From positions 1-35,275 of IMG/VR virus record IMGVR_UViG_3300031949_000113: DNA of 35,275 nt, one strand, 5' to 3'. The position numbers were made by a program, and so were the translations under genes. This stretch comes from a virus. Its lineage: Duplodnaviria > Caudoviricetes. Each line of letters opens with the position of its first letter. Positions within the stretch are counted from its first letter, which is position 1. This document shows positions 8,621 through 18,058 of this stretch, piece after piece. The notes under the pieces are model-generated. The model had not been told where the DNA came from, ran no database searches, and saw only the letters and a list, made by a program, of their open reading frames with translations.

Positions 8621-10096
8621 ATGGCGCTAGAAGATTTCACCGGCTGGGATGAAAATGACCCGGGCGCCGATTTGAGCGTGGCGGCGAATGTGATCACAGG
8701 CGTCGCAGTTGTCGGCCCGAATGGCGTTTGCGTTGACAAAAATTATGGCGCGGGCTATTTCAGTGGGGCATTCACGCATTACATCGAATTCCGATTCAGC
8801 GCCGCGAGCAATTCCATCATGGGGATTTGGGCGCTGTCAGATACCGACGACTGGGTGTATAGCGATCTCGCCAATGACGGGTTGTGTCTCTATCTCTATG
8901 CCGGCGATGCGACGCTGTATCTCGAAAAAAATGGCGCTTATGATGACATTCTGGCTGTTTCGGCGAATACGACCTACTATCTAAAAATCGTCAGAGATGG
9001 CTCAAATAATGTTACAGTCTATGTCTACGGCGATTCCGCGCATACTGACCTCATTGCGACCAGCAGCGCGATTGCCTACAGCCAGGCGGCAGATTATCTT
9101 TCATTGGCCTGGAATGAGTGGGGCGGCACGTGGAGCGGAACGATCAGCAATTTGGATATCGGCGCCGCCGGCGGGACGCAATATCCACTATCGATCGCGG
9201 GCACGCTGACGAGTGCCGGCGCGATCGCGAAACAAGATCGGACCGTCAAAGTGGGCGCCGTGGCGAGTGCCGGCGCGATCGCGAAACAAACAGCGATGGC
9301 GCGCACGGGCGCGATGAGCAGCACAGGCCTGTTAATGCGATTGATCAATGCGATCCGCGCAGGAACGTTGACGAGCGATGGCACGATCGGGAAACAAACG
9401 GCGACGGCGCACGCGGGAACATTGGCCAGCAGTGGCGCGCTGGCTACGATCAAAACATTTTTGCTGAGCGTCGCAGGCGCGATCGGATTGAGCGGCGCGA
9501 TCGCGCGGCAGACAAATGCACAGCGCGCCGGGACCATGACGAGCGATGGCACGATCGGGAAACAAACGGCGACGGCGCAAGCGGGAACATTAGCTAGCAG
9601 TGGCGCGCTGGCGACGATCAAAACATTTTTGCTGAGCATCGCCGGCGCGATGGGATGGGATGGTGCGCTCGCGCGACAGACGAATGCGCAACGCGCGGGA
9701 ACCGTCACGAGCGACGGCGCGATCGTGAAACAAACGGCGACGGCGCAATCGGGCGACCTGGCCAGCAGCGGCGCGCTAGCCGCGATTCGCACGGTGTTGA
9801 TGAGCCTGGCCGGCGCGTTGGGTTGGGATGGCACGCTCGCGCGGCAGACGAATGCGCAGCGATCAGGAACCTTGATCAGCAGCGGCGGATTGACGAAGCG
9901 AATCGCGCGGGCGCTCACCGGCGCGCTCAGTTCGATCGGGACGCTGATTCAATCGTTGATCGGACCGAGCACACGCGGATCGGTCATTGTGGCCGACGTC
10001 GCGTTGGGCGCGGCCAGCGTGCTCGATGCGGCGCTGGGGGCGGCGAGTGTGCTCGATGCGGCACGGGGATCGGTCATCGTGATGGATGGTATCTAA
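8621..10096 (+). CDS. Putative fibre protein: N-terminal lectin-like beta-sandwich plus repeated stalk
   Basis: Aromatic-rich beta N-terminus (~185 aa), then GTL.S.GA..KQT units arranged as three 56-aa repeats. Confidence 0.75.
   Translation: MALEDFTGWDENDPGADLSVAANVITGVAVVGPNGVCVDKNYGAGYFSGAFTHYIEFRFSAASNSIMGIWALSDTDDWVYSDLANDGLCLYLYAGDATLYLEKNGAYDDILAVSANTTYYLKIVRDGSNNVTVYVYGDSAHTDLIATSSAIAYSQAADYLSLAWNEWGGTWSGTISNLDIGAAGGTQYPLSIAGTLTSAGAIAKQDRTVKVGAVASAGAIAKQTAMARTGAMSSTGLLMRLINAIRAGTLTSDGTIGKQTATAHAGTLASSGALATIKTFLLSVAGAIGLSGAIARQTNAQRAGTMTSDGTIGKQTATAQAGTLASSGALATIKTFLLSIAGAMGWDGALARQTNAQRAGTVTSDGAIVKQTATAQSGDLASSGALAAIRTVLMSLAGALGWDGTLARQTNAQRSGTLISSGGLTKRIARALTGALSSIGTLIQSLIGPSTRGSVIVADVALGAASVLDAALGAASVLDAARGSVIVMDGI
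9362..9865 (+). repeat. Three imperfect 168-bp tandem repeats inside the fibre gene
   Basis: ACGAGCGATGGCACGATCGGGAAACAAACGGCGACGGCGC occurs at 9371 and 9539 (168 apart); a third diverged copy follows. Confidence 0.9.
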
Positions 10097-10099
10097 ATC

Positions 10100-10396
10100 A
10101 TGGCAAATACTTATTTGCTCGGCCAGCAGATCCGATTGAGCGCGGCCTATAAAAATAGCGCAGGCGCCGCGGCGGACCCGACGACGGTGACATTCAAGAT
10201 CAAATCGCCGGCGGGCACGACGACGACGCTGGTCTATGGCACCGATGCGGCAGCCGTCAAGGATTCGACGGGCAACTATCACGTCGATCGGACACCGGAC
10301 GCAGCGGGCGAGTGGTCGTATAAGTTCATCGGGGCCGGGACGATCATCACGGTCGGCGAGGGATGGTTGGTGATCGATGCGGGTCGGGTGGGGTAG
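10100..10396 (+). CDS. Small Ig-like/beta-sandwich virion protein
   Basis: 98 aa; ADPTTVTFKIKSPAG..STGNYH....AGEWSYKF.G pattern. Confidence 0.7.
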   Translation: MANTYLLGQQIRLSAAYKNSAGAAADPTTVTFKIKSPAGTTTTLVYGTDAAAVKDSTGNYHVDRTPDAAGEWSYKFIGAGTIITVGEGWLVIDAGRVG

Positions 10397-10423
10397 TAAT
10401 TAGTAATTAGAGATTGGAGATTG
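10394..10423 (+). repeat. Heptamer array (TAGTAAT)2 plus (GAGATTG)2 before the head-closure gene
   Basis: Read directly from the sequence. Confidence 0.88.
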
Positions 10424-10424
10424 A

Positions 10425-10745
10425 ATGCGCGCAGGAGAATTGCGACAGCGGATCACGATTCAACAGAATATGCCGACGCGAGATGAGTTCAACGCGGAGG
10501 TTGAATCGTGGTCGGATGTGGCGACGGTGTGGGCGAATATCGAAACGCTGAGCGGCGCGGAGTTCGTGACGCAGCAGGCCGCCGGCGCGATGCTGACGCA
10601 TCAGATCACGATCCGGCGCATGAGCGGACTGCGGCCGACGATGCGCGTGCAGACCGGTGCGCACACGTTCGAGATCACGGCCGTGCTCGATGACCTGGCG
10701 CAGCATCAGATTAAATTGATGTGCTGGGAGATCGTCGGCGCATGA
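10425..10745 (+). CDS. Head closure / head-tail adaptor (SPP1 gp16-like)
   Basis: MRAGELRQRITIQ, W.DVATVWA, ITIR and MRV motifs. Confidence 0.92.
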   Translation: MRAGELRQRITIQQNMPTRDEFNAEVESWSDVATVWANIETLSGAEFVTQQAAGAMLTHQITIRRMSGLRPTMRVQTGAHTFEITAVLDDLAQHQIKLMCWEIVGA

Positions 10746-11245
10746 CCGATCATATCGTCGTCACGGCGAAAGTGCAGGGCAGCGAGACGCTGCTGAAAGA
10801 GCTGGCCGCGCTGGGCGGCAATGTTAAATCGACCGCGCGCTCGGCGATGCGGGCGGGCGCGAAGATAATACAGGTCCAGGCCGAGAGCAATGCGGCGAGC
10901 CTGGGCCAGCGTGCGGGAAAGCACACGCGGATCCAGGCGACGCAGCGCGTACGCGGGGTGATCACGATGGCGGTGGCGCCGTCGAAGAAGAAGTGGTGGT
11001 TCCGCTATTTCGAGACGGGCACGACCCGCCACGAGATCACCGGTGCGCCATTGGTGTTCGAGGGCGATGCCGGCCTGGTCATCATCGGCGGGGTGAATCA
11101 TCCGGGGATGGCGGCCAAGCCGTGGTTACGGCCGGCGTTCGACGAAAAACAAAACGAGGCCGTCGCGAAAGTCGGCGATTATTTGCGCGAGGCGATCGAA
11201 ACGCGACGGGCCATTGTGGAGGGCGGGGATGAAGAGGAAGTGTGA
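10742..11245 (+). CDS. HK97 gp10-like tail component
   Basis: AMRAGAKII, YFETGT and HPGMAAKPWLRPAFD motifs; ATG 10742 overlaps the upstream stop. Confidence 0.9.
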   Translation: MTDHIVVTAKVQGSETLLKELAALGGNVKSTARSAMRAGAKIIQVQAESNAASLGQRAGKHTRIQATQRVRGVITMAVAPSKKKWWFRYFETGTTRHEITGAPLVFEGDAGLVIIGGVNHPGMAAKPWLRPAFDEKQNEAVAKVGDYLREAIETRRAIVEGGDEEEV

Positions 11246-11262
11246 AGTGACTAAAGTGGGAA

Positions 11263-11670
11263 GTGACTAACGTGGCGACGATTGAGGAGGCGGTGGTGGA
11301 CCGGATGATGGCGTATACGGCGCTGACGACGTTGATCGCGGCGCGGTTGTATCCGCTGGTGATTCCGCAGGACGCGCCGCTGCCGGCGATCGCGTATCAG
11401 AAAATCTCGTCGCCGAAAACGCAGGCGCATCCGGGGTCGTCGCACCTGGCACATTCGCGATTCCAATTCACCATCGATGCCGAGACCTATTCGAGCGCAA
11501 AGGCCGTCGCCACGGCCGTTAAAAATTGCTGGAATTCATTTCAGGGGACCGTTGACGGCGTGCGGATCGATCATTGCTCGATCGAAAATGATAGCGACAC
11601 GAGCGGCGAGCGGCAGGCGGTGGTGACGCCGGTGGTGCGGATCGATGTGTTGATGTGGCATTACGAGTAA
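11263..11670 (+). CDS. Tail completion/terminator protein (DUF3168-like)
   Basis: RLYPLVIPQ..LPAIAYQKIS and RFQFTI.A.TY..AK motifs; position before the tail tube gene. Confidence 0.88.
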   Translation: MTNVATIEEAVVDRMMAYTALTTLIAARLYPLVIPQDAPLPAIAYQKISSPKTQAHPGSSHLAHSRFQFTIDAETYSSAKAVATAVKNCWNSFQGTVDGVRIDHCSIENDSDTSGERQAVVTPVVRIDVLMWHYE

Positions 11671-11672
11671 AT

Positions 11673-11714
11673 GAGATTAGAGATTAGAGATTGGAGATTA
11701 GAGATTGGAGATTT
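11673..11714 (+). repeat. (GAGATTR)6 array containing the glycosyltransferase SD and TTG start
   Basis: Six 7-bp units, the last GAGATTT. Confidence 0.92.
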
Positions 11715-12571
11715 TGATCTTCACGCCGACATGGATGCGAGCCGATGGCGTCGATGCGATGCGGCCCGAGACGCGGATTTCGATCGAGGGGCAGCAGATC
11801 GGATGTCCCTGGACCTGGCTGGTCAATTACGATAATCCGTATCCGATCGGCGATCTGCGCAATGTGCTGCACCAGTATCAGCAGGCGCAGGTGGCGGTCC
11901 TCGAGCGCGGCAGCGACGTGCTCATCACGATCGAGCACGATCACGAATTGCCGGACGCGGGCGCGCTGCAGCGGATGATCGATACGCCGGGTGACGTGAT
12001 CTATGCGCCGTATTGGCTGCGGCATGATACGCGGCAGATCAATCTCTATCAGCGATCGGGCTGGCATGCGCTGGGCCAGAGCCTGACGGTTTATCCCGAC
12101 GAGCTGGCCGAGGCGCGCCAAGCGACGACGTGGCCGGTGAGCGGCGCCGGCTTCGGCTGCACGCTCTTTCGGCGGCCGGTGCTCGAGGCCATTCCATTCG
12201 AGGCGAGCACGGCCGAGAATTTCTCGCCGGATCTGGGCTTCGCCGAGCACGCCCTGCGCCGGCGCTACGAGAGTGTGGCGCGGATGGATGTCCCGGTGGC
12301 GCATCGCTGGAGGGGATCGTGGTGGGATCCGTGGGGCCACCGGCTGACGGATCCGGATCGCAGCGATTTGATCGACGGGCAATGGCAGATCGATTACTGG
12401 CTAGGACACGAACAATATCTATGCGTCCAATGCCAGTGGGATACGCTGCGCGGGCTGGAGGCGGCGCGCGCGCGGGCGTTGAACTGTGCGCGCTGTCATC
12501 CGCCGATCGACGCGGCCGAGCCGTCGCCGATCCTCGTGGCGGATCGATGGGGACGAATCAGTAAATCATAG
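11705..12571 (+). CDS. Glycosyltransferase-like (GT-A fold) protein with C-terminal Cys-rich domain
   Basis: ILIFTPT start, IEHD (DxD-like), GAGFGCTLFRR.VLE, PDLGFA and VAH motifs; C-terminal CVQC...CARC. Confidence 0.75.
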   Translation: MEILIFTPTWMRADGVDAMRPETRISIEGQQIGCPWTWLVNYDNPYPIGDLRNVLHQYQQAQVAVLERGSDVLITIEHDHELPDAGALQRMIDTPGDVIYAPYWLRHDTRQINLYQRSGWHALGQSLTVYPDELAEARQATTWPVSGAGFGCTLFRRPVLEAIPFEASTAENFSPDLGFAEHALRRRYESVARMDVPVAHRWRGSWWDPWGHRLTDPDRSDLIDGQWQIDYWLGHEQYLCVQCQWDTLRGLEAARARALNCARCHPPIDAAEPSPILVADRWGRISKS

Positions 12572-12580
12572 GAGGCTGAA

Positions 12581-13012
12581 ATGAGTGATGCAATTGCGGC
12601 ATTTGGGACGCTGTTGAAAATGTCGAATGGCTTGACCGGGACGGCCGAGATCTTCACGACGATCGCGGAAGTGGGGGACATCGACGGGCCGAGCATGTCC
12701 GTGGACACGATCGAGGTGACGTCGCACTCGTCGCCGAGTGCACGCAAGGAATTTATTGCGAGTCTCATCGATTCGGGTGAGCTGTCATTCCCGATCTGGT
12801 TCGTGACGGATGATCCGACGCACGACGAAACGACCGGCCTGCAGAAGATCATGAACGATCGGGTCGTGCGGAATTTCAAGATCGTCTATCCGGACGCGGC
12901 GTCGGTGACGTTTGCGGCGCTGGTGACAAAATTCGGCGTCAAATCTCCGGTGGCCGGGGTGCAGAGCGCCGATGTGACGCTGAAGATCTCCGGCGTGTGG
13001 ACGTGGGCGTAG
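12581..13012 (+). CDS. Major tail tube protein
   Basis: IAEV.DIDGP.MSVDTIEVT..S....KEFIASL.D.GE and TLKISG motifs; GGAGG RBS. Confidence 0.93.
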   Translation: MSDAIAAFGTLLKMSNGLTGTAEIFTTIAEVGDIDGPSMSVDTIEVTSHSSPSARKEFIASLIDSGELSFPIWFVTDDPTHDETTGLQKIMNDRVVRNFKIVYPDAASVTFAALVTKFGVKSPVAGVQSADVTLKISGVWTWA

Positions 13013-13014
13013 TA

Positions 13015-13042
13015 GAGATTAGAGATTAGAGATTGGAGATTG
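13015..13042 (+). repeat. (GAGATTR)4 array before the tail chaperone
   Basis: GAGATTA x2, GAGATTG x2. Confidence 0.92.
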
Positions 13043-13044
13043 CG

Positions 13045-13464
13045 ATGGGGCTATTGACACGCGAGGCGATTCTCACGGCGCTGGATATTGTGACGGAGCG
13101 GGTGGCCGTGCCGGAGTGGGGCGGCGACGTGCTCGTGCGCGGGCTGACGGGCGCGGAGCGCGATGGCTATGAGGCGACGCTCGTCAAACTACGCGGCACC
13201 GATGCGACGATCAATTTGGCGAACGCGCGCGCGAAACTCGTGGCCTGCTCGATTGTCGATGAGGCCGGCGCGCTGGTGTTTACGGAGCGCGATGTCGCGG
13301 CATTGGCGAAGAAATCGGCCGCGGCACTGCAGCGGGTCTTTGATGTAGCGCAGCGCTTGAGCGGGTTGTCGGCCAGCGACGTCGAGGAATTGGTAAAAAA
13401 ATCCGAGAACGGCCAGAACGGAAATTCTGGTTCCGACTTGCCGGACACCTGGGCTGCACCGTAA
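13045..13464 (+). CDS. Tail assembly chaperone (gpG-like)
   Basis: LLTREAIL..V.VPEWGG.V.VRGLTG.ERD and LSGLS..DVEEL.K motifs; ATG 13045 has GGAG 6 nt upstream. Confidence 0.92.
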   Translation: MGLLTREAILTALDIVTERVAVPEWGGDVLVRGLTGAERDGYEATLVKLRGTDATINLANARAKLVACSIVDEAGALVFTERDVAALAKKSAAALQRVFDVAQRLSGLSASDVEELVKKSENGQNGNSGSDLPDTWAAP

Positions 13465-13775
13465 GCGAATTACAAGCGCAATTGTCATCGATTGAATTCG
13501 CCGAATGGATGGCGTATTTTTCGATCGAGCCGTTCGGCGAGGAGCGGGCGGATTTGCGCATGGCGACGATCGCGTGTTTGATCGCCAATGCGAATCGAGA
13601 CGAGAAGAAACGCCGCGAGCCATACACGGTACAGGATTTCATGCCACGATTCGACCCTAATCCCGGCGCGATCGACCCTCACCCCGGCCCTCTCCCTGAT
13701 GGGGAGAGGGAGAGGCGGCAGACATGGGAACAGCAGAAGGCGATGATGATGGCGTTGATGCCGCCGAAGAAGTAA
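13045..13775 (+). CDS. Tail assembly chaperone gpGT-like fusion produced by -1 frameshift
   Basis: After the A7 run at 13395-13401 the -1 frame reads IRERPERKFWFRLAGHLGCTVSELQAQLSSIEFAEWMAY without a stop, joining ORF 13482..13775. Confidence 0.88.
13395..13401 (+). other. Programmed -1 ribosomal frameshift slippery site A-AAA-AAA
   Basis: GTA AAA AAA TCC in the gpG frame; fits X XXY YYZ. Confidence 0.85.
13675..13712 (+). repeat. BoxC-like 38-bp repeat, copy 1
   Basis: ACCCTCACCCCGGCCCTCTCCCTGATGGGGAGAGGGAG. Confidence 0.88.
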
Positions 13776-13778
13776 TTA

Positions 13779-13799
13779 GAGATTGGAGATTGGAGATTG
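13779..13799 (+). repeat. (GAGATTG)3 array containing the tape-measure SD and TTG start
   Basis: Read directly from the sequence. Confidence 0.92.
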
Positions 13800-15596
13800 A
13801 GCACACTGGCGACGCTGAATGTGGTGTTGAATGGCGACGTGGGCGGATTCCTGAAGGCGATGAAGGATTCCGAGAGCCAGGCATCGTCATCATCTAATCT
13901 TATTTCGCGGGCGCTGGGCGGAATCGGCGACGTCGTGAAAGTGGCGGCGGGCGTGGCGGTGGCGGGCATTACCGCGGCGATTGGGGCGGCGGCGACGGGA
14001 GTCGTCGCTTTTCAGTCCTGGGGCAAGCAGCTGGATGATCTCAGCGACGTGCTGGGGACGACGGCGGACGAGAGCGCGGGGCTGGCGGTGGCGATTAAAA
14101 TCGTGGGCGGCGACGTGGGCGGTATCACTGCGCAGATGGCCAAGCTCGTCAAAGGCCTGGGGGAGACAGAAGGCAAGCTGGGGCCAACCGGCAAGCTGAT
14201 GAAATCATTGGGGATCGCATTCGAAGATGCGAACGGCAAGATGCTGCCCTCGACGACGATCCTGACCTCGATTGCGGATAAACTCGCGGTGATGCCGGAC
14301 GGCCTGGAGAAAACGAAGATCATGACGCAGCTGTTCGGTAAATCGGGCAAAGATTTATCCGACACGTTGAATGCGCTGGCGAATGGCGGGCTGGCGGCGG
14401 CGGAGGAGAAGGCGCGCGCGCTCGGCCTGGCGATCGGCGAGGAGGGCGTCGGGAAATCGATCGAGTTCGGGAAATCGATCGAGACGATCAAGCTGGCGGC
14501 GGAGGGCGTGGCCGTGTCGATCGGATCGATGGTGATGCCGGTGCTGCTGCCGTTGATCGAAAAATTCAGCGAGTGGGGTGTGAGCGTGATGCCGCAGGTG
14601 CGGGCGGGCATCGAGGCGGTGTTCGGTTGGATTCAGGCGAACGTCGGCCCGATCATTCAAGCGCTGATCGGATGGCTGCAGCAGGCGGTGGCGTGGGTGA
14701 CGGCGAATTGGCCGAAGATCCGTGATACCGTCGTCGGCGCGTTCGAGCAGGTGCGCGCGGCGATCGAGCCAATCATCAACGCGATCAGTGCGGTTGTCAC
14801 GGCCGTGTTTGGCGCGATCGGGACATTCCTCAATACGCACGGGACGGAGATCCGAACGTTCCTCGAAGGCGCATGGAATGGGATTCAAGAAATTTTGACG
14901 GGCATTTGGAATGTGATTAGCACGGTCGTGACGGGCGTCTTCAATGCGATCCGTGATTTCCTGGCCACGCATGGCGCGACGATTCAGGCGAGCCTGCAGT
15001 TGGCATGGGATACCATTCGCACGATTGTCGATACGGTGATCCACGCCATGCAGGGCATCATCGACACGGTGATGGCGATCATTCACGGCGATTGGTCGAA
15101 AGCGTGGGAGAGCATCAAGGATGTCGTCGAGACGATCTGGAACGGGATTAAAACGCTGTGGACTAATTTTTGGACGGGGATCGATAACATCCTGAAATCG
15201 TTCGGGGTGAATGTGGGCGAGGCCTGGCGCAATCTGTGGAATGGCGTGCGCGAGTTCTTCGAAGGCATCTGGAACGGGATTCGCAAATTTTTCGTGGACG
15301 CGATCAACAGTGTGATCGATCTGATTAATGGACTCATCGATTCATTCAACGATTCGATCGGGAAATTCCTGGGACCGATTCAGCGACTGCAGCGGATTTC
15401 GCTGGCCGGCATGTTGAGCCTGACGCCGGAAATCAAAGGCGGAATGAATCTGAACGCGCTGCTGGGCGGCGAATTGACGGGGCGCGCGACGAACGCGACG
15501 ACGGATCAGCGATCATATACGTTGAATGTGTACGCGGCCGGGCTGCCCGAGGATATCGCGCACGATTTTGCGATGCTGCAGGCGTTGGGGGGATGA
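13797..15596 (+). CDS. Tape measure protein
   Basis: 599 aa, Ala/Gly-rich helical, QLFGKSG motif and periodic Trp repeats; follows the chaperones; TTG start. Confidence 0.93.
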   Translation: MSTLATLNVVLNGDVGGFLKAMKDSESQASSSSNLISRALGGIGDVVKVAAGVAVAGITAAIGAAATGVVAFQSWGKQLDDLSDVLGTTADESAGLAVAIKIVGGDVGGITAQMAKLVKGLGETEGKLGPTGKLMKSLGIAFEDANGKMLPSTTILTSIADKLAVMPDGLEKTKIMTQLFGKSGKDLSDTLNALANGGLAAAEEKARALGLAIGEEGVGKSIEFGKSIETIKLAAEGVAVSIGSMVMPVLLPLIEKFSEWGVSVMPQVRAGIEAVFGWIQANVGPIIQALIGWLQQAVAWVTANWPKIRDTVVGAFEQVRAAIEPIINAISAVVTAVFGAIGTFLNTHGTEIRTFLEGAWNGIQEILTGIWNVISTVVTGVFNAIRDFLATHGATIQASLQLAWDTIRTIVDTVIHAMQGIIDTVMAIIHGDWSKAWESIKDVVETIWNGIKTLWTNFWTGIDNILKSFGVNVGEAWRNLWNGVREFFEGIWNGIRKFFVDAINSVIDLINGLIDSFNDSIGKFLGPIQRLQRISLAGMLSLTPEIKGGMNLNALLGGELTGRATNATTDQRSYTLNVYAAGLPEDIAHDFAMLQALGG

Positions 15597-15628
15597 CTCA
15601 CGCAAAGAGGCAAAGGGGCAAAGAATAA

Positions 15629-18034
15629 ATGAGTGGGCTGTTTACGATGATGGCGCCGGCGGCGGGAACGAACCGGGTGTTGAATCCGAGCGCGGAGGCG
15701 GCGGGGAATTATACGACCGTCTCCGGTCTGATCGGGCCGCCGACGATCACGCGCGTCACGGATCTGGCGCGACATGGAATCTATTGTTACAAATTGATTC
15801 TGACCGAAACGAACCAGGGCATCGCACTGACCACACCGGCGTTGAGCAATGCCGTGCATGCGGTGAGCTGTTATGCAATCGCGCCGGCCGATATCCAGAG
15901 CATCATGGTGTCATGTGACGGCGGCTCTCATTACAATCTCATGACGGCCCTTCGGGTTGGCGCGATTTGGACACACTATATCGGTAGCGTGCCCGCCATT
16001 CAATGCAATGGCTCGACGGCGACCCTGATCAAGATCGCAGGCACGGGCGGCGGGTGGGGAGGCGGAACATTCTATTTGGACGGAGTGCAGGTCGAGGCGG
16101 GCGCGGGGCCGACGACGTACATCGACGGGGATCAACCGGGGTGCACGTGGGCGGGGGAGTTCCACGCGAGCGCGAGCACGCGAGATGCGCTGTATCGCGG
16201 CGGCGGCGCGGAAGTGAATCTCGACGATTACGGGGTGACGGTATTCCGCGCAGTCGCGGGATTGGGGCTGCCGCCGATCACAAATAATTTGCAGGATTAC
16301 GCATTGCTGCCCGGCGCGCAGTTTCAGTCGACACGGATTCAGCCGCGTATCATCGATCTAGTGGTGTCGGCGAGTGCTACGACGCTGGCCGGGCTGCTGG
16401 CGAAGCGGCAGGCGTTGATCGATCTCTTGAGCCCGATCGGGGCCTACGGGGTGCAGCCGATCCGGTTAGGATATTGGGGCAATCCCGATCGGCCAGTCTA
16501 TTTGAATGCGCGCTACGTGCAGGGATTGCAGTTTGCCAATGTCGAGGGCTTCATCGAGCAGCCGGTGATCCGGCTGCTGTGCGAGGATCCATTCTGGTAT
16601 GAGGATGATCAAGAGCAGGCCGCGCTGGATTATAGCCAGAGCGTGAGTGACGCGGATTTTGCGCTGCGGCGCGATAACGGTGAATGGCAATCGCTCGGCA
16701 CGGGCTTCAGCGGCGGCGGCGTGAATGTCATCGCGATCGATCAATCGCGCGGGCGGATCTATTTCGGTGGATCGTTCACGAGCGCCAACGGCGTGAGCGT
16801 AAATCGGATCTGCTATTGGAACGGGTCCACTTTCGTGGCGCTGGGCAGTGGCCTCAATGCGAGTGTGATCAGTCTGGCCATCGCGCCGAATGGCGATGTT
16901 TGGGTGGGCGGAGAATTCGGGACGGCGGGCGGATCGACTGCGTATGGATTGGCGCGCTGGAACGTGGCCGCTGAGACATGGACCGGGTTCACCAACGGCG
17001 TCGGCACCACCTACATCAACGCCATCGCGATCGATCACAATAACAACGTCTACATCGGCGGCTATTTCACCAATTTCGATGGCATCGCCGCAGCCGATTA
17101 TGTGGCGAAATATAATGGCAGCACGTGGGCGGCGCTGGGCACGTCGCCGTTTGATGTGCAGCAATTTCCGCGGCGCTATCATTCCCTGGCGTGCGATGCA
17201 GATGGCAATTTGTACGCGGGCAGTCGGGCGACGACGGGACCGGCGACGGTGTGCGCACTTTATAAATGGAATGGCGCCACGTGGACGACGATCGGATCGA
17301 CGGATAGCATCGTCAACAGCGGTGTCAATGCGCTCGCATTCGACGCCGGCGGCAATTTGTATATCGGCGGACGATTCGGATCGATTGGTGGGGTGACGGC
17401 GAGCAATGTTGCGCTGTGGAATGGTCAGGCGTTCATCGCATTGGGCAGCGGGGTCGGCGTCGAGGTGCACGATCTGGTGCTGGCCGGCGACGTGCTCTAT
17501 GTCGGCGCGAATGCGGTCGGATTGGCGAGCGCGGATTTTTTCGCGGCCTGGAATGGATCGGTCTGGATCATGGTCGATGTCGATCTGCCGGCGACGTCGC
17601 TGGTGCTGGCCATGGGGGCACTCGGCGAGCGACTGTTCATCGGATTCGATCAGGGCGGGACGGCGACGGCGGCGGCGATTAATACTGTGACATGCGGCTC
17701 GACGATCGAGACCTATCCGATCGTGACCTTTGTCGGACCGGGCACGCTCGAATGGCTGGAGAATCAAACGACTGGCAAGCGGCTCTATCTCAATCTGACG
17801 GCGCAGGCCGGCGAGACGATCACGATCGATTTGCGGACGGGCGCGAAGACGATCGTTTCGGATTGGCGCGGATCGATGATGACGGCGCTGCTGCCAAATT
17901 CGGATTTCGGATCATGGCATCTGGCGCCCGGCGCGAACACGATCGCGGCATATGTAACGGGCAGCTCGGGCGCGACGATGTTGATCATGCGGTGGACGCC
18001 GGTGCACGGGAGTGTGGATGGAGTGCATGCGTGA
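15629..18034 (+). CDS. Distal tail (Dit)-like protein with N-terminal CBM-like domain and inserted beta-propeller
   Basis: TNRVLNPSAE..FYLDGVQVE (CBM-like); GLGLPP..RIQPR.I.L and LLCEDPFWY (Dit N-part); W/YNG.TW..LG repeats; YPIVTF.GP..GETITID..LAPGANTI (Dit C-part). Confidence 0.82.
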   Translation: MSGLFTMMAPAAGTNRVLNPSAEAAGNYTTVSGLIGPPTITRVTDLARHGIYCYKLILTETNQGIALTTPALSNAVHAVSCYAIAPADIQSIMVSCDGGSHYNLMTALRVGAIWTHYIGSVPAIQCNGSTATLIKIAGTGGGWGGGTFYLDGVQVEAGAGPTTYIDGDQPGCTWAGEFHASASTRDALYRGGGAEVNLDDYGVTVFRAVAGLGLPPITNNLQDYALLPGAQFQSTRIQPRIIDLVVSASATTLAGLLAKRQALIDLLSPIGAYGVQPIRLGYWGNPDRPVYLNARYVQGLQFANVEGFIEQPVIRLLCEDPFWYEDDQEQAALDYSQSVSDADFALRRDNGEWQSLGTGFSGGGVNVIAIDQSRGRIYFGGSFTSANGVSVNRICYWNGSTFVALGSGLNASVISLAIAPNGDVWVGGEFGTAGGSTAYGLARWNVAAETWTGFTNGVGTTYINAIAIDHNNNVYIGGYFTNFDGIAAADYVAKYNGSTWAALGTSPFDVQQFPRRYHSLACDADGNLYAGSRATTGPATVCALYKWNGATWTTIGSTDSIVNSGVNALAFDAGGNLYIGGRFGSIGGVTASNVALWNGQAFIALGSGVGVEVHDLVLAGDVLYVGANAVGLASADFFAAWNGSVWIMVDVDLPATSLVLAMGALGERLFIGFDQGGTATAAAINTVTCGSTIETYPIVTFVGPGTLEWLENQTTGKRLYLNLTAQAGETITIDLRTGAKTIVSDWRGSMMTALLPNSDFGSWHLAPGANTIAAYVTGSSGATMLIMRWTPVHGSVDGVHA

Positions 18035-18058
18035 ATAGTCAGTAGTAAATAGTAATTA

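Noticed and set aside
9362-9865. DGR template/variable repeat pair
   Set aside because: In-frame tandem repeats with differences not confined to adenines; no reverse transcriptase in the genome.
11673-11714. Heptamer arrays or dRS3 pair as a CRISPR or mini-CRISPR array
   Set aside because: Units are 7 bp with no spacers; the dRS3 pair has only a few nt between copies; no cas genes.
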